A stretch of DNA of 64,000 nucleotides. Source: Auanema rhodensis. Its lineage: Eukaryota; Animalia; Nematoda. This document shows positions 23,545-38,403 of the stretch, in pieces. The notes beneath the pieces were generated by a model. That model was given only the letters and a program-made list of their open reading frames with translations. It made no database searches and was not told the origin of the DNA. Location of the stretch: assembly GCA_964057225.1 (NCBI GenBank), contig OZ059894.1, positions 11,966,001 to 12,030,000 of the forward strand, in the 5' to 3' direction. Every line of letters starts with the position of its first letter. Position 1 is the first letter of the stretch. A program made the translations under genes and the position numbers.

Positions 23545-23986
23545 ATAGCATAGCCATGAGTATCAAAGACATCAAGCAAATGTATCGTACTTGTTACGAG
23601 TGCACTCTCTCATTTGAATATAAAAGTGTGGTTTGACAATCTTGACTGTACAGGTCATAAATGGCTCATATAAACTGTGGATTTACTCAACTTTTGGACT
23701 TATTTTTTTCTTATTCGAAGCGCTGCACTTTTTTCTATTCTTTTTATTCAAATACTTGTATATAGTTTTATATGTACGGTTGCAAAGTTTCCGAATATTT
23801 TATATATTTTTATACAATAATTAGGAGAAGGTTAATACAATGAAATCTCCCAACTTTACAGTGTTTGTATTGCTTACAGTATCTAGAACAACCACTCTTG
23901 TAATATTAGAGCACATATCAATCAACAACTTTTTCTAGTTATCAAAGCTTTTTTATTTCTTCAAGATATTTCAAATAAAATATAAA

Positions 23987-24105
23987 AGCTTACGACACCC
24001 GGGATTCCCAAGCCGTCTCCGATCCAAGTACTAACCGGGCCCAACGTTGCTTGACTTGCCAGATCGGACGGGATGGCGTACTTTCAACGTGGTATGGTCG
24101 TAAGC
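23987..24105 (-). rRNA. 5S: 5S rRNA
   Basis: Identical copy. Confidence 0.97.
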
Positions 24106-24346
24106 AATGTTATATTCTTCATTATCAGTTATATCACTCTAAATCTTGTTGTTAATAGTTAGGACCACAAAGAAAACAACAGGAACAGTAACAAATGAAA
24201 TGCCCAAACTTTACAGTGTTCGAGTTATTTACAGTATCTAAGACTACCTCTGTCGTGTTATTAGAGCAAACATTCGATTAACAACAACTTTTTTTTAGTT
24301 ATCAAAGCTTTTTTATTTCTTCAAAAAATTTCAAATAAAATATAAA

Positions 24347-24465
24347 AGCTTACGACACCCGGGATTCCCAAGCCGTCTCCGATCCAAGTACTAACCGGGC
24401 CCAACGTTGCTTGACTTGCCAGATCGGACGGGATGGCGTACTTTCAACGTGGTATGGTCGTAAGC
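24347..24465 (-). rRNA. 5S: 5S rRNA
   Basis: Identical copy. Confidence 0.97.
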
Positions 24466-24607
24466 AATGTCATATTCTTCATTATCAGTTATATCACTCT
24501 AAATCTTGTTGTTAATAGATACGACCACAAAGAAAACAACAGGAACAGTAACAATAACAAAAAAAATTTTTTTTTCACCTATGTGTCTAAAGGTTAGCCA
24601 TGTATCC

Positions 24608-24653
<46 letters not shown>

Positions 24654-25833
24654 ACAGTAAAAAGTCCAATCAAGAGAGAAATTTTTTCAACACATAGTTG
24701 TTTTTTTTTTAAATATCATTGTTTTTCCTCATAACTCGGTTTAAACTCGTTCTAACCCGTTGAAATACGTCTAGAAAGTCTTTATAACATGCATATGTAT
24801 GATAGAACTTCATATTTATTGTAATAGAAAATTTTATTTTCAGACGTCTTGGTTAACAATGATATGTTTTACCCCCTTATAATTTTTATCATAATGTTCC
24901 TTATACGGAACGCTCAATGAAACTTGCTTCCAGAAAAATTTCTTTCTATTTTTTCTTCATATGTACGTAGATACTATAGAGAACTATGATAGAAAACTTT
25001 AACATTCACGAAATCATCATTTCTCATTACGCTACGGAGGTTTAAAAAGCTGTGTTTTACCTTATAATAGACCGGAAAACCCTTGTGTTAAAACTGGACC
25101 GTTTTTACACATATAAAAATGTCCCGTATTCGGGACCCTAATGTAACTTTTGATTCCCTATATTTTTTTTCATGAAATTTACAATCTACTGTAGAAAGAA
25201 GAATTATTTTTATAAAAACTGTAAATTTTTGAAAAATGAAAACAAAACGAAAACAAAAACAACTTTTTTTTGAACATTTTCTCACACAAGGGTCCCCCCT
25301 TACCTACTTTTTTTCTCATTACTCGTTTCAACCTCATCCGATCACTCTGCAAACATGTTTAATCGTTCTAACTTGTTGAAATACGTCTTAAAAGTCTAAA
25401 CAACATGCATATGCATAATAGAAACCACCCGAATAGGCCCCCACGCACTAAACGAGATATATACATTACCAGTATAGTAATAGAACACATATTGAAGATT
25501 AATTCGATAAGAACAATTTATTGACGTAGAGAATGTTTGTTCCGAAAAACTACAATATTAAACTATAAAAGTAACAAAAGCGTAGAGGCAGCAAAGACAT
25601 GAATAAACATAAATGTAAATACAGAATTACCAGGTAGTACATAAGTATGACAAAAAATTATAAGAAAGCCATGAAAATAGAAGGTTTGTGAACAAATGAG
25701 AGGTACATCTTTGATCGTATAGTCATTTCTAAACCGTTCGTATGCTGCAGCATCGTCATAAGCGTCACTCAAGTTGAATTTCCATGTGTACTACACGATT
25801 TTCATTCTTATTGTTACATTCTTTCCCTGAGGG

Positions 25834-26019
25834 AATGGGCCGTTCCCGCCAGCAGTGCAAGAGCGGGTCGACCCGTGAGGTGGAGCTAGCAAGCCAGCAT
25901 CTACCTCAAGTCTCAAAAATCGGTTAACCTTATTGTGAACCAATGGAACACATATCGAAGGTTAATTCGATAAGAACGATTACTACACTTTGATCTTAGC
26001 CAAAAGGCCGAGAAGCGAT
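25834..26019 (-). ncRNA. U2: U2 snRNA, intact
   Basis: Same as 18433-18618. Confidence 0.96.
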
Positions 26020-26461
26020 ACAGCATAGCCATGAGTATCAAAGACATCAAGCAAATGTATCGTACTTGTTACGAGTGCACTCTCTCATTTGAATATAAAA
26101 GTGTGGTTTGACAATCTTGACTGTACAGGTCATAAATGGCTCATATAAACTGTGGATTTACTCAACTTTTGGACTTATTTTTTTCTTATTCGAAGCGCTG
26201 CACTTTTTTCTATTCTTTTTATTCAAATACTTGTATATAGTTTTATATGTACGGTTGCAAAGTTTCCGAATATTTTATATATTTTTATACAATAATTAGG
26301 AGAAGGTTAATACAATGAAATCTCCCAACTTTACAGTGTTTGTATTGCTTACAGTATCTAGAACAACCACTCTTGTAATATTAGAGCACATATCAATCAA
26401 CAACTTTTTCTAGTTATCAAAGCTTTTTTATTTCTTCAAGATATTTCAAATAAAATATAAA

Positions 26462-26580
26462 AGCTTACGACACCCGGGATTCCCAAGCCGTCTCCGATCC
26501 AAGTACTAACCGGGCCCAACGTTGCTTGACTTGCCAGATCGGACGGGATGGCGTACTTTCAACGTGGTATGGTCGTAAGC
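26462..26580 (-). rRNA. 5S: 5S rRNA
   Basis: Identical copy. Confidence 0.97.
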
Positions 26581-26821
26581 AATGTTATATTCTTCATTAT
26601 CAGTTATATCACTCTAAATCTTGTTGTTAATAGTTAGGACCACAAAGAAAACAACAGGAACAGTAACAAATGAAATGCCCAAACTTTACAGTGTTCGAGT
26701 TATTTACAGTATCTAAGACTACCTCTGTCGTGTTATTAGAGCAAACATTCGATTAACAACAACTTTTTTTTAGTTATCAAAGCTTTTTTATTTCTTCAAA
26801 AAATTTCAAATAAAATATAAA

Positions 26822-26940
26822 AGCTTACGACACCCGGGATTCCCAAGCCGTCTCCGATCCAAGTACTAACCGGGCCCAACGTTGCTTGACTTGCCAGATC
26901 GGACGGGATGGCGTACTTTCAACGTGGTATGGTCGTAAGC
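26822..26940 (-). rRNA. 5S: 5S rRNA
   Basis: Identical copy. Confidence 0.97.
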
Positions 26941-27082
26941 AATGTCATATTCTTCATTATCAGTTATATCACTCTAAATCTTGTTGTTAATAGATACGAC
27001 CACAAAGAAAACAACAGGAACAGTAACAATAACAAAAAAAATTTTTTTTTCACCTATGTGTCTAAAGGTTAGCCATGTATCC

Positions 27083-27128
<46 letters not shown>

Positions 27129-28308
27129 ACAGTAAAAAGTCCAATCAAGAGAGAAATTTTTTCAACACATAGTTTTTTTTTTTTTAAATATCATTGTTTT
27201 TCCTCATAACTCGGTTTAAACTCGTTCTAACCCGTTGAAATACGTCTAGAAAGTCTTTATAACATGCATATGTATGATAGAACTTCATATTTATTGTAAT
27301 AGAAAATTTTATTTTCAGACGTCTTGGTTAACAATGATATGTTTTACCCCCTTATAATTTTTATCATAATGTTCCTTATACGGAACGCTCAATGAAACTT
27401 GCTTCCAGAAAAATTTCTTTCTATTTTTTCTTCATATGTACGTAGATACTATAGAGAACTATGATAGAAAACTTTAACATTCACGAAATCATCATTTCTC
27501 ATTACGCTACGGAGGTTTAAAAAGCTGTGTTTTACCTTATAATAGACCGGAAAACCCTTGTGTTAAAACTGGACCGTTTTTACACATATAAAAATGTCCC
27601 GTATTCGGGACCCTAATGTAACTTTTGATTCCCTATATTTTTTTTCATGAAATTTACAATCTACTGTAGAAAGAAGAATTATTTTTATAAAAACTGTAAA
27701 TTTTTGAAAAATGAAAACAAAACGAAAACAAAAACAACTTTTTTTTGAACATTTTCTCACACAAGGGTCCCCCCTTACCTACTTTTTTTCTCATTACTCG
27801 TTTCAACCTCATCCGATCACTCTGCAAACATGTTTAATCGTTCTAACTTGTTGAAATACGTCTTAAAAGTCTAAACAACATGCATATGCATAATAGAAAC
27901 CACCCGAATAGGCCCCCACGCACTAAACGAGATATATACATTACCAGTATAGTAATAGAACACATATTGAAGATTAATTCGATAAGAACAATTTATTGAC
28001 GTAGAGAATGTTTGTTCCGAAAAACTACAATATTAAACTATAAAAGTAACAAAAGCGTAGAGGCAGCAAAGACATGAATAAACATAAATGTAAATACAGA
28101 ATTACCAGGTAGTACATAAGTATGACAAAAAATTATAAGAAAGCCATGAAAATAGAAGGTTTGTGAACAAATGAGAGGTACATCTTTGATCGTATAGTCA
28201 TTTCTAAACCGTTCGTATGCTGCAGCATCGTCATAAGCGTCACTCAAGTTGAATTTCCATGTGTACTACACGATTTTCATTCTTATTGTTACATTCTTTC
28301 CCTGAGGG

Positions 28309-28494
28309 AATGGGCCGTTCCCGCCAGCAGTGCAAGAGCGGGTCGACCCGTGAGGTGGAGCTAGCAAGCCAGCATCTACCTCAAGTCTCAAAAATCGGTT
28401 AACCTTATTGTGAACCAATGGAACACATATCGAAGGTTAATTCGATAAGAACGATTACTACACTTTGATCTTAGCCAAAAGGCCGAGAAGCGAT
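28309..28494 (-). ncRNA. U2: U2 snRNA, intact
   Basis: Same as 18433-18618. Confidence 0.96.
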
Positions 28495-28936
28495 ATAGCA
28501 TAGCCATGAGTATCAAAGACATCAAGCAAATGTATCGTACTTGTTACGAGTGCACTCTCTCATTTGAATATAAAAGTGTGGTTTGACAATCTTGACTGTA
28601 CAGGTCATAAATGGCTCATATAAACTGTGGATTTACTCAACTTTTGGACTTATTTTTTTCTTATTCGAAGCGCTGCACTTTTTTCTATTCTTTTTATTCA
28701 AATACTTGTATATAGTTTTATATGTACGGTTGCAAAGTTTCCGAATATTTTATATATTTTTATACAATAATTAGGAGAAGGTTAATACAATGAAATCTCC
28801 CAACTTTACAGTGTTTGTATTGCTTACAGTATCTAGAACAACCACTCTTGTAATATTAGAGCACATATCAATCAACAACTTTTTCTAGTTATCAAAGCTT
28901 TTTTATTTCTTCAAGATATTTCAAATAAAATATAAA

Positions 28937-29055
28937 AGCTTACGACACCCGGGATTCCCAAGCCGTCTCCGATCCAAGTACTAACCGGGCCCAACGTTGC
29001 TTGACTTGCCAGATCGGACGGGATGGCGTACTTTCAACGTGGTATGGTCGTAAGC
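28937..29055 (-). rRNA. 5S: 5S rRNA
   Basis: Identical copy. Confidence 0.97.
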
Positions 29056-29296
29056 AATGTTATATTCTTCATTATCAGTTATATCACTCTAAATCTTGTT
29101 GTTAATAGTTAGGACCACAAAGAAAACAACAGGAACAGTAACAAATGAAATGCCCAAACTTTACAGTGTTCGAGTTATTTACAGTATCTAAGACTACCTC
29201 TGTCGTGTTATTAGAGCAAACATTCGATTAACAACAACTTTTTTTTAGTTATCAAAGCTTTTTTATTTCTTCAAAAAATTTCAAATAAAATATAAA

Positions 29297-29414
29297 AGCT
29301 TACGACACCCGGGATTCCCAAGCCGTCTCCGATCCAAGTACTAACCGGGCCCAACGTTGCTTGACTTGCCAGATCGGACGGGATGGCGTACTTTCAACGT
29401 GGTATGGTGTAAGC
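29297..29414 (-). rRNA. 5S: 5S rRNA variant with 1-nt deletion (G7)
   Basis: ggtatggtgtaagc instead of ggtatggtcgtaagc. Confidence 0.9.
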
Positions 29415-29556
29415 AATGTCATATTCTTCATTATCAGTTATATCACTCTAAATCTTGTTGTTAATAGATACGACCACAAAGAAAACAACAGGAACAGTAA
29501 CAATAACAAAAAAAATTTTTTTTTCACCTATGTGTCTAAAGGTTAGCCATGTATCC

Positions 29557-29610
<54 letters not shown>

Positions 29611-30790
29611 ACAGTAAAAAGTCCAATCAAGAGAGAAATTTTTTCAACACATAGTTGTTTTTTTTTTAAATATCATTGTTTTTCCTCATAACTCGGTTTA
29701 AACTCGTTCTAACCCGTTGAAATACGTCTAGAAAGTCTTTATAACATGCATATGTATGATAGAACTTCATATTTATTGTAATAGAAAATTTTATTTTCAG
29801 ACGTCTTGGTTAACAATGATATGTTTTACCCCCTTATAATTTTTATCATAATGTTCCTTATACGGAACGCTCAATGAAACTTGCTTCCAGAAAAATTTCT
29901 TTCTATTTTTTCTTCATATGTACGTAGATACTATAGAGAACTATGATAGAAAACTTTAACATTCACGAAATCATCATTTCTCATTACGCTACGGAGGTTT
30001 AAAAAGCTGTGTTTTACCTTATAATAGACCGGAAAACCCTTGTGTTAAAACTGGACCGTTTTTACACATATAAAAATGTCCCGTATTCGGGACCCTAATG
30101 TAACTTTTGATTCCCTATATTTTTTTTCATGAAATTTACAATCTACTGTAGAAAGAAGAATTATTTTTATAAAAACTGTAAATTTTTGAAAAATGAAAAC
30201 AAAACGAAAACAAAAACAACTTTTTTTTGAACATTTTCTCACACAAGGGTCCCCCCTTACCTACTTTTTTTCTCATTACTCGTTTCAACCTCATCCGATC
30301 ACTCTGCAAACATGTTTAATCGTTCTAACTTGTTGAAATACGTCTTAAAAGTCTAAACAACATGCATATGCATAATAGAAACCACCCGAATAGGCCCCCA
30401 CGCACTAAACGAGATATATACATTACCAGTATAGTAATAGAACACATATTGAAGATTAATTCGATAAGAACAATTTATTGACGTAGAGAATGTTTGTTCC
30501 GAAAAACTACAATATTAAACTATAAAAGTAACAAAAGCGTAGAGGCAGCAAAGACATGAATAAACATAAATGTAAATACAGAATTACCAGGTAGTACATA
30601 AGTATGACAAAAAATTATAAGAAAGCCATGAAAATAGAAGGTTTGTGAACAAATGAGAGGTACATCTTTGATCGTATAGTCATTTCTAAACCGTTCGTAT
30701 GCTGCAGCATCGTCATAAGCGTCACTCAAGTTGAATTTCCATGTGTACTACACGATTTTCATTCTTATTGTTACATTCTTTCCCTGAGGG

Positions 30791-30976
30791 AATGGGCCGT
30801 TCCCGCCAGCAGTGCAAGAGCGGGTCGACCCGTGAGGTGGAGCTAGCAAGCCAGCATCTACCTCAAGTCTCAAAAATCGGTTAACCTTATTGTGAACCAA
30901 TGGAACACATATCGAAGGTTAATTCGATAAGAACGATTACTACACTTTGATCTTAGCCAAAAGGCCGAGAAGCGAT
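30791..30976 (-). ncRNA. U2: U2 snRNA, intact
   Basis: Same as 18433-18618. Confidence 0.96.
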
Positions 30977-31418
30977 ACAGCATAGCCATGAGTATCAAAG
31001 ACATCAAGCAAATGTATCGTACTTGTTACGAGTGCACTCTCTCATTTGAATATAAAAGTGTGGTTTGACAATCTTGACTGTACAGGTCATAAATGGCTCA
31101 TATAAACTGTGGATTTACTCAACTTTTGGACTTATTTTTTTCTTATTCGAAGCGCTGCACTTTTTTCTATTCTTTTTATTCAAATACTTGTATATAGTTT
31201 TATATGTACGGTTGCAAAGTTTCCGAATATTTTATATATTTTTATACAATAATTAGGAGAAGGTTAATACAATGAAATCTCCCAACTTTACAGTGTTTGT
31301 ATTGCTTACAGTATCTAGAACAACCACTCTTGTAATATTAGAGCACATATCAATCAACAACTTTTTCTAGTTATCAAAGCTTTTTTATTTCTTCAAGATA
31401 TTTCAAATAAAATATAAA

Positions 31419-31537
31419 AGCTTACGACACCCGGGATTCCCAAGCCGTCTCCGATCCAAGTACTAACCGGGCCCAACGTTGCTTGACTTGCCAGATCGGA
31501 CGGGATGGCGTACTTTCAACGTGGTATGGTCGTAAGC
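31419..31537 (-). rRNA. 5S: 5S rRNA
   Basis: Identical copy. Confidence 0.97.
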
Positions 31538-31778
31538 AATGTTATATTCTTCATTATCAGTTATATCACTCTAAATCTTGTTGTTAATAGTTAGGACCAC
31601 AAAGAAAACAACAGGAACAGTAACAAATGAAATGCCCAAACTTTACAGTGTTCGAGTTATTTACAGTATCTAAGACTACCTCTGTCGTGTTATTAGAGCA
31701 AACATTCGATTAACAACAACTTTTTTTTAGTTATCAAAGCTTTTTTATTTCTTCAAAAAATTTCAAATAAAATATAAA

Positions 31779-31897
31779 AGCTTACGACACCCGGGATTCC
31801 CAAGCCGTCTCCGATCCAAGTACTAACCGGGCCCAACGTTGCTTGACTTGCCAGATCGGACGGGATGGCGTACTTTCAACGTGGTATGGTCGTAAGC
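31779..31897 (-). rRNA. 5S: 5S rRNA
   Basis: Identical copy. Confidence 0.97.
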
Positions 31898-32039
31898 AAT
31901 GTCATATTCTTCATTATCAGTTATATCACTCTAAATCTTGTTGTTAATAGATACGACCACAAAGAAAACAACAGGAACAGTAACAATAACAAAAAAAATT
32001 TTTTTTTCACCTATGTGTCTAAAGGTTAGCCATGTATCC

Positions 32040-32085
<46 letters not shown>

Positions 32086-33265
32086 ACAGTAAAAAGTCCA
32101 ATCAAGAGAGAAATTTTTTCAACACATAGTTGTTTTTTTTTTAAATATCATTGTTTTTCCTCATAACTCGGTTTAAACTCGTTCTAACCCGTTGAAATAC
32201 GTCTAGAAAGTCTTTATAACATGCATATGTATGATAGAACTTCATATTTATTGTAATAGAAAATTTTATTTTCAGACGTCTTGGTTAACAATGATATGTT
32301 TTACCCCCTTATAATTTTTATCATAATGTTCCTTATACGGAACGCTCAATGAAACTTGCTTCCAGAAAAATTTCTTTCTATTTTTTCTTCATATGTACGT
32401 AGATACTATAGAGAACTATGATAGAAAACTTTAACATTCACGAAATCATCATTTCTCATTACGCTACGGAGGTTTAAAAAGCTGTGTTTTACCTTATAAT
32501 AGACCGGAAAACCCTTGTGTTAAAACTGGACCGTTTTTACACATATAAAAATGTCCCGTATTCGGGACCCTAATGTAACTTTTGATTCCCTATATTTTTT
32601 TTCATGAAATTTACAATCTACTGTAGAAAGAAGAATTATTTTTATAAAAACTGTAAATTTTTGAAAAATGAAAACAAAACGAAAACAAAAACAACTTTTT
32701 TTTGAACATTTTCTCACACAAGGGTCCCCCCTTACCTACTTTTTTTCTCATTACTCGTTTCAACCTCATCCGATCACTCTGCAAACATGTTTAATCGTTC
32801 TAACTTGTTGAAATACGTCTTAAAAGTCTAAACAACATGCATATGCATAATAGAAACCACCCGAATAGGCCCCCACGCACTAAACGAGATATATACATTA
32901 CCAGTATAGTAATAGAACACATATTGAAGATTAATTCGATAAGAACAATTTATTGACGTAGAGAATGTTTGTTCCGAAAAACTACAATATTAAACTATAA
33001 AAGTAACAAAAGCGTAGAGGCAGCAAAGACATGAATAAACATAAATGTAAATACAGAATTACCAGGTAGTACATAAGTATGACAAAAAATTATAAGAAAG
33101 CCATGAAAATAGAAGGTTTGTGAACAAATGAGAGGTACATCTTTGATCGTATAGTCATTTCTAAACCGTTCGTATGCTGCAGCATCGTCATAAGCGTCAC
33201 TCAAGTTGAATTTCCATGTGTACTACACGATTTTCATTCTTATTGTTACATTCTTTCCCTGAGGG

Positions 33266-33451
33266 AATGGGCCGTTCCCGCCAGCAGTGCAAGAGCGGGT
33301 CGACCCGTGAGGTGGAGCTAGCAAGCCAGCATCTACCTCAAGTCTCAAAAATCGGTTAACCTTATTGTGAACCAATGGAACACATATCGAAGGTTAATTC
33401 GATAAGAACGATTACTACACTTTGATCTTAGCCAAAAGGCCGAGAAGCGAT
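33266..33451 (-). ncRNA. U2: U2 snRNA, intact
   Basis: Same as 18433-18618. Confidence 0.96.
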
Positions 33452-33893
33452 ACAGCATAGCCATGAGTATCAAAGACATCAAGCAAATGTATCGTACTTG
33501 TTACGAGTGCACTCTCTCATTTGAATATAAAAGTGTGGTTTGACAATCTTGACTGTACAGGTCATAAATGGCTCATATAAACTGTGGATTTACTCAACTT
33601 TTGGACTTATTTTTTTCTTATTCGAAGCGCTGCACTTTTTTCTATTCTTTTTATTCAAATACTTGTATATAGTTTTATATGTACGGTTGCAAAGTTTCCG
33701 AATATTTTATATATTTTTATACAATAATTAGGAGAAGGTTAATACAATGAAATCTCCCAACTTTACAGTGTTTGTATTGCTTACAGTATCTAGAACAACC
33801 ACTCTTGTAATATTAGAGCACATATCAATCAACAACTTTTTCTAGTTATCAAAGCTTTTTTATTTCTTCAAGATATTTCAAATAAAATATAAA

Positions 33894-34012
33894 AGCTTAC
33901 GACACCCGGGATTCCCAAGCCGTCTCCGATCCAAGTACTAACCGGGCCCAACGTTGCTTGACTTGCCAGATCGGACGGGATGGCGTACTTTCAACGTGGT
34001 ATGGTCGTAAGC
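33894..34012 (-). rRNA. 5S: 5S rRNA
   Basis: Identical copy. Confidence 0.97.
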
Positions 34013-34253
34013 AATGTTATATTCTTCATTATCAGTTATATCACTCTAAATCTTGTTGTTAATAGTTAGGACCACAAAGAAAACAACAGGAACAGTAACA
34101 AATGAAATGCCCAAACTTTACAGTGTTCGAGTTATTTACAGTATCTAAGACTACCTCTGTCGTGTTATTAGAGCAAACATTCGATTAACAACAACTTTTT
34201 TTTAGTTATCAAAGCTTTTTTATTTCTTCAAAAAATTTCAAATAAAATATAAA

Positions 34254-34372
34254 AGCTTACGACACCCGGGATTCCCAAGCCGTCTCCGATCCAAGTACTA
34301 ACCGGGCCCAACGTTGCTTGACTTGCCAGATCGGACGGGATGGCGTACTTTCAACGTGGTATGGTCGTAAGC
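34254..34372 (-). rRNA. 5S: 5S rRNA
   Basis: Identical copy. Confidence 0.97.
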
Positions 34373-34514
34373 AATGTCATATTCTTCATTATCAGTTATA
34401 TCACTCTAAATCTTGTTGTTAATAGATACGACCACAAAGAAAACAACAGGAACAGTAACAATAACAAAAAAAATTTTTTTTTCACCTATGTGTCTAAAGG
34501 TTAGCCATGTATCC

Positions 34515-34560
<46 letters not shown>

Positions 34561-35740
34561 ACAGTAAAAAGTCCAATCAAGAGAGAAATTTTTTCAACAC
34601 ATAGTTGTTTTTTTTTTAAATATCATTGTTTTTCCTCATAACTCGGTTTAAACTCGTTCTAACCCGTTGAAATACGTCTAGAAAGTCTTTATAACATGCA
34701 TATGTATGATAGAACTTCATATTTATTGTAATAGAAAATTTTATTTTCAGACGTCTTGGTTAACAATGATATGTTTTACCCCCTTATAATTTTTATCATA
34801 ATGTTCCTTATACGGAACGCTCAATGAAACTTGCTTCCAGAAAAATTTCTTTCTATTTTTTCTTCATATGTACGTAGATACTATAGAGAACTATGATAGA
34901 AAACTTTAACATTCACGAAATCATCATTTCTCATTACGCTACGGAGGTTTAAAAAGCTGTGTTTTACCTTATAATAGACCGGAAAACCCTTGTGTTAAAA
35001 CTGGACCGTTTTTACACATATAAAAATGTCCCGTATTCGGGACCCTAATGTAACTTTTGATTCCCTATATTTTTTTTCATGAAATTTACAATCTACTGTA
35101 GAAAGAAGAATTATTTTTATAAAAACTGTAAATTTTTGAAAAATGAAAACAAAACGAAAACAAAAACAACTTTTTTTTGAACATTTTCTCACACAAGGGT
35201 CCCCCCTTACCTACTTTTTTTCTCATTACTCGTTTCAACCTCATCCGATCACTCTGCAAACATGTTTAATCGTTCTAACTTGTTGAAATACGTCTTAAAA
35301 GTCTAAACAACATGCATATGCATAATAGAAACCACCCGAATAGGCCCCCACGCACTAAACGAGATATATACATTACCAGTATAGTAATAGAACACATATT
35401 GAAGATTAATTCGATAAGAACAATTTATTGACGTAGAGAATGTTTGTTCCGAAAAACTACAATATTAAACTATAAAAGTAACAAAAGCGTAGAGGCAGCA
35501 AAGACATGAATAAACATAAATGTAAATACAGAATTACCAGGTAGTACATAAGTATGACAAAAAATTATAAGAAAGCCATGAAAATAGAAGGTTTGTGAAC
35601 AAATGAGAGGTACATCTTTGATCGTATAGTCATTTCTAAACCGTTCGTATGCTGCAGCATCGTCATAAGCGTCACTCAAGTTGAATTTCCATGTGTACTA
35701 CACGATTTTCATTCTTATTGTTACATTCTTTCCCTGAGGG

Positions 35741-35926
35741 AATGGGCCGTTCCCGCCAGCAGTGCAAGAGCGGGTCGACCCGTGAGGTGGAGCTAGCAAG
35801 CCAGCATCTACCTCAAGTCTCAAAAATCGGTTAACCTTATTGTGAACCAATGGAACACATATCGAAGGTTAATTCGATAAGAACGATTACTACACTTTGA
35901 TCTTAGCCAAAAGGCCGAGAAGCGAT
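35741..35926 (-). ncRNA. U2: U2 snRNA, intact
   Basis: Same as 18433-18618. Confidence 0.96.
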
Positions 35927-36368
35927 ACAGCATAGCCATGAGTATCAAAGACATCAAGCAAATGTATCGTACTTGTTACGAGTGCACTCTCTCATTTGAA
36001 TATAAAAGTGTGGTTTGACAATCTTGACTGTACAGGTCATAAATGGCTCATATAAACTGTGGATTTACTCAACTTTTGGACTTATTTTTTTCTTATTCGA
36101 AGCGCTGCACTTTTTTCTATTCTTTTTATTCAAATACTTGTATATAGTTTTATATGTACGGTTGCAAAGTTTCCGAATATTTTATATATTTTTATACAAT
36201 AATTAGGAGAAGGTTAATACAATGAAATCTCCCAACTTTACAGTGTTTGTATTGCTTACAGTATCTAGAACAACCACTCTTGTAATATTAGAGCACATAT
36301 CAATCAACAACTTTTTCTAGTTATCAAAGCTTTTTTATTTCTTCAAGATATTTCAAATAAAATATAAA

Positions 36369-36487
36369 AGCTTACGACACCCGGGATTCCCAAGCCGTCT
36401 CCGATCCAAGTACTAACCGGGCCCAACGTTGCTTGACTTGCCAGATCGGACGGGATGGCGTACTTTCAACGTGGTATGGTCGTAAGC
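36369..36487 (-). rRNA. 5S: 5S rRNA
   Basis: Identical copy. Confidence 0.97.
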
Positions 36488-36728
36488 AATGTTATATTCT
36501 TCATTATCAGTTATATCACTCTAAATCTTGTTGTTAATAGTTAGGACCACAAAGAAAACAACAGGAACAGTAACAAATGAAATGCCCAAACTTTACAGTG
36601 TTCGAGTTATTTACAGTATCTAAGACTACCTCTGTCGTGTTATTAGAGCAAACATTCGATTAACAACAACTTTTTTTTAGTTATCAAAGCTTTTTTATTT
36701 CTTCAAAAAATTTCAAATAAAATATAAA

Positions 36729-36847
36729 AGCTTACGACACCCGGGATTCCCAAGCCGTCTCCGATCCAAGTACTAACCGGGCCCAACGTTGCTTGACTTG
36801 CCAGATCGGACGGGATGGCGTACTTTCAACGTGGTATGGTCGTAAGC
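36729..36847 (-). rRNA. 5S: 5S rRNA
   Basis: Identical copy. Confidence 0.97.
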
Positions 36848-36989
36848 AATGTCATATTCTTCATTATCAGTTATATCACTCTAAATCTTGTTGTTAATAG
36901 ATACGACCACAAAGAAAACAACAGGAACAGTAACAATAACAAAAAAAATTTTTTTTTCACCTATGTGTCTAAAGGTTAGCCATGTATCC

Positions 36990-37037
<48 letters not shown>

Positions 37038-38217
37038 ACAGTAAAAAGTCCAATCAAGAGAGAAATTTTTTCAACACATAGTTGTTTTTTTTTTAAATAT
37101 CATTGTTTTTCCTCATAACTCGGTTTAAACTCGTTCTAACCCGTTGAAATACGTCTAGAAAGTCTTTATAACATGCATATGTATGATAGAACTTCATATT
37201 TATTGTAATAGAAAATTTTATTTTCAGACGTCTTGGTTAACAATGATATGTTTTACCCCCTTATAATTTTTATCATAATGTTCCTTATACGGAACGCTCA
37301 ATGAAACTTGCTTCCAGAAAAATTTCTTTCTATTTTTTCTTCATATGTACGTAGATACTATAGAGAACTATGATAGAAAACTTTAACATTCACGAAATCA
37401 TCATTTCTCATTACGCTACGGAGGTTTAAAAAGCTGTGTTTTACCTTATAATAGACCGGAAAACCCTTGTGTTAAAACTGGACCGTTTTTACACATATAA
37501 AAATGTCCCGTATTCGGGACCCTAATGTAACTTTTGATTCCCTATATTTTTTTTCATGAAATTTACAATCTACTGTAGAAAGAAGAATTATTTTTATAAA
37601 AACTGTAAATTTTTGAAAAATGAAAACAAAACGAAAACAAAAACAACTTTTTTTTGAACATTTTCTCACACAAGGGTCCCCCCTTACCTACTTTTTTTCT
37701 CATTACTCGTTTCAACCTCATCCGATCACTCTGCAAACATGTTTAATCGTTCTAACTTGTTGAAATACGTCTTAAAAGTCTAAACAACATGCATATGCAT
37801 AATAGAAACCACCCGAATAGGCCCCCACGCACTAAACGAGATATATACATTACCAGTATAGTAATAGAACACATATTGAAGATTAATTCGATAAGAACAA
37901 TTTATTGACGTAGAGAATGTTTGTTCCGAAAAACTACAATATTAAACTATAAAAGTAACAAAAGCGTAGAGGCAGCAAAGACATGAATAAACATAAATGT
38001 AAATACAGAATTACCAGGTAGTACATAAGTATGACAAAAAATTATAAGAAAGCCATGAAAATAGAAGGTTTGTGAACAAATGAGAGGTACATCTTTGATC
38101 GTATAGTCATTTCTAAACCGTTCGTATGCTGCAGCATCGTCATAAGCGTCACTCAAGTTGAATTTCCATGTGTACTACACGATTTTCATTCTTATTGTTA
38201 CATTCTTTCCCTGAGGG

Positions 38218-38403
38218 AATGGGCCGTTCCCGCCAGCAGTGCAAGAGCGGGTCGACCCGTGAGGTGGAGCTAGCAAGCCAGCATCTACCTCAAGTCTCAA
38301 AAATCGGTTAACCTTATTGTGAACCAATGGAACACATATCGAAGGTTAATTCGATAAGAACGATTACTACACTTTGATCTTAGCCAAAAGGCCGAGAAGC
38401 GAT
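38218..38403 (-). ncRNA. U2: U2 snRNA, intact
   Basis: Same as 18433-18618. Confidence 0.96.
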
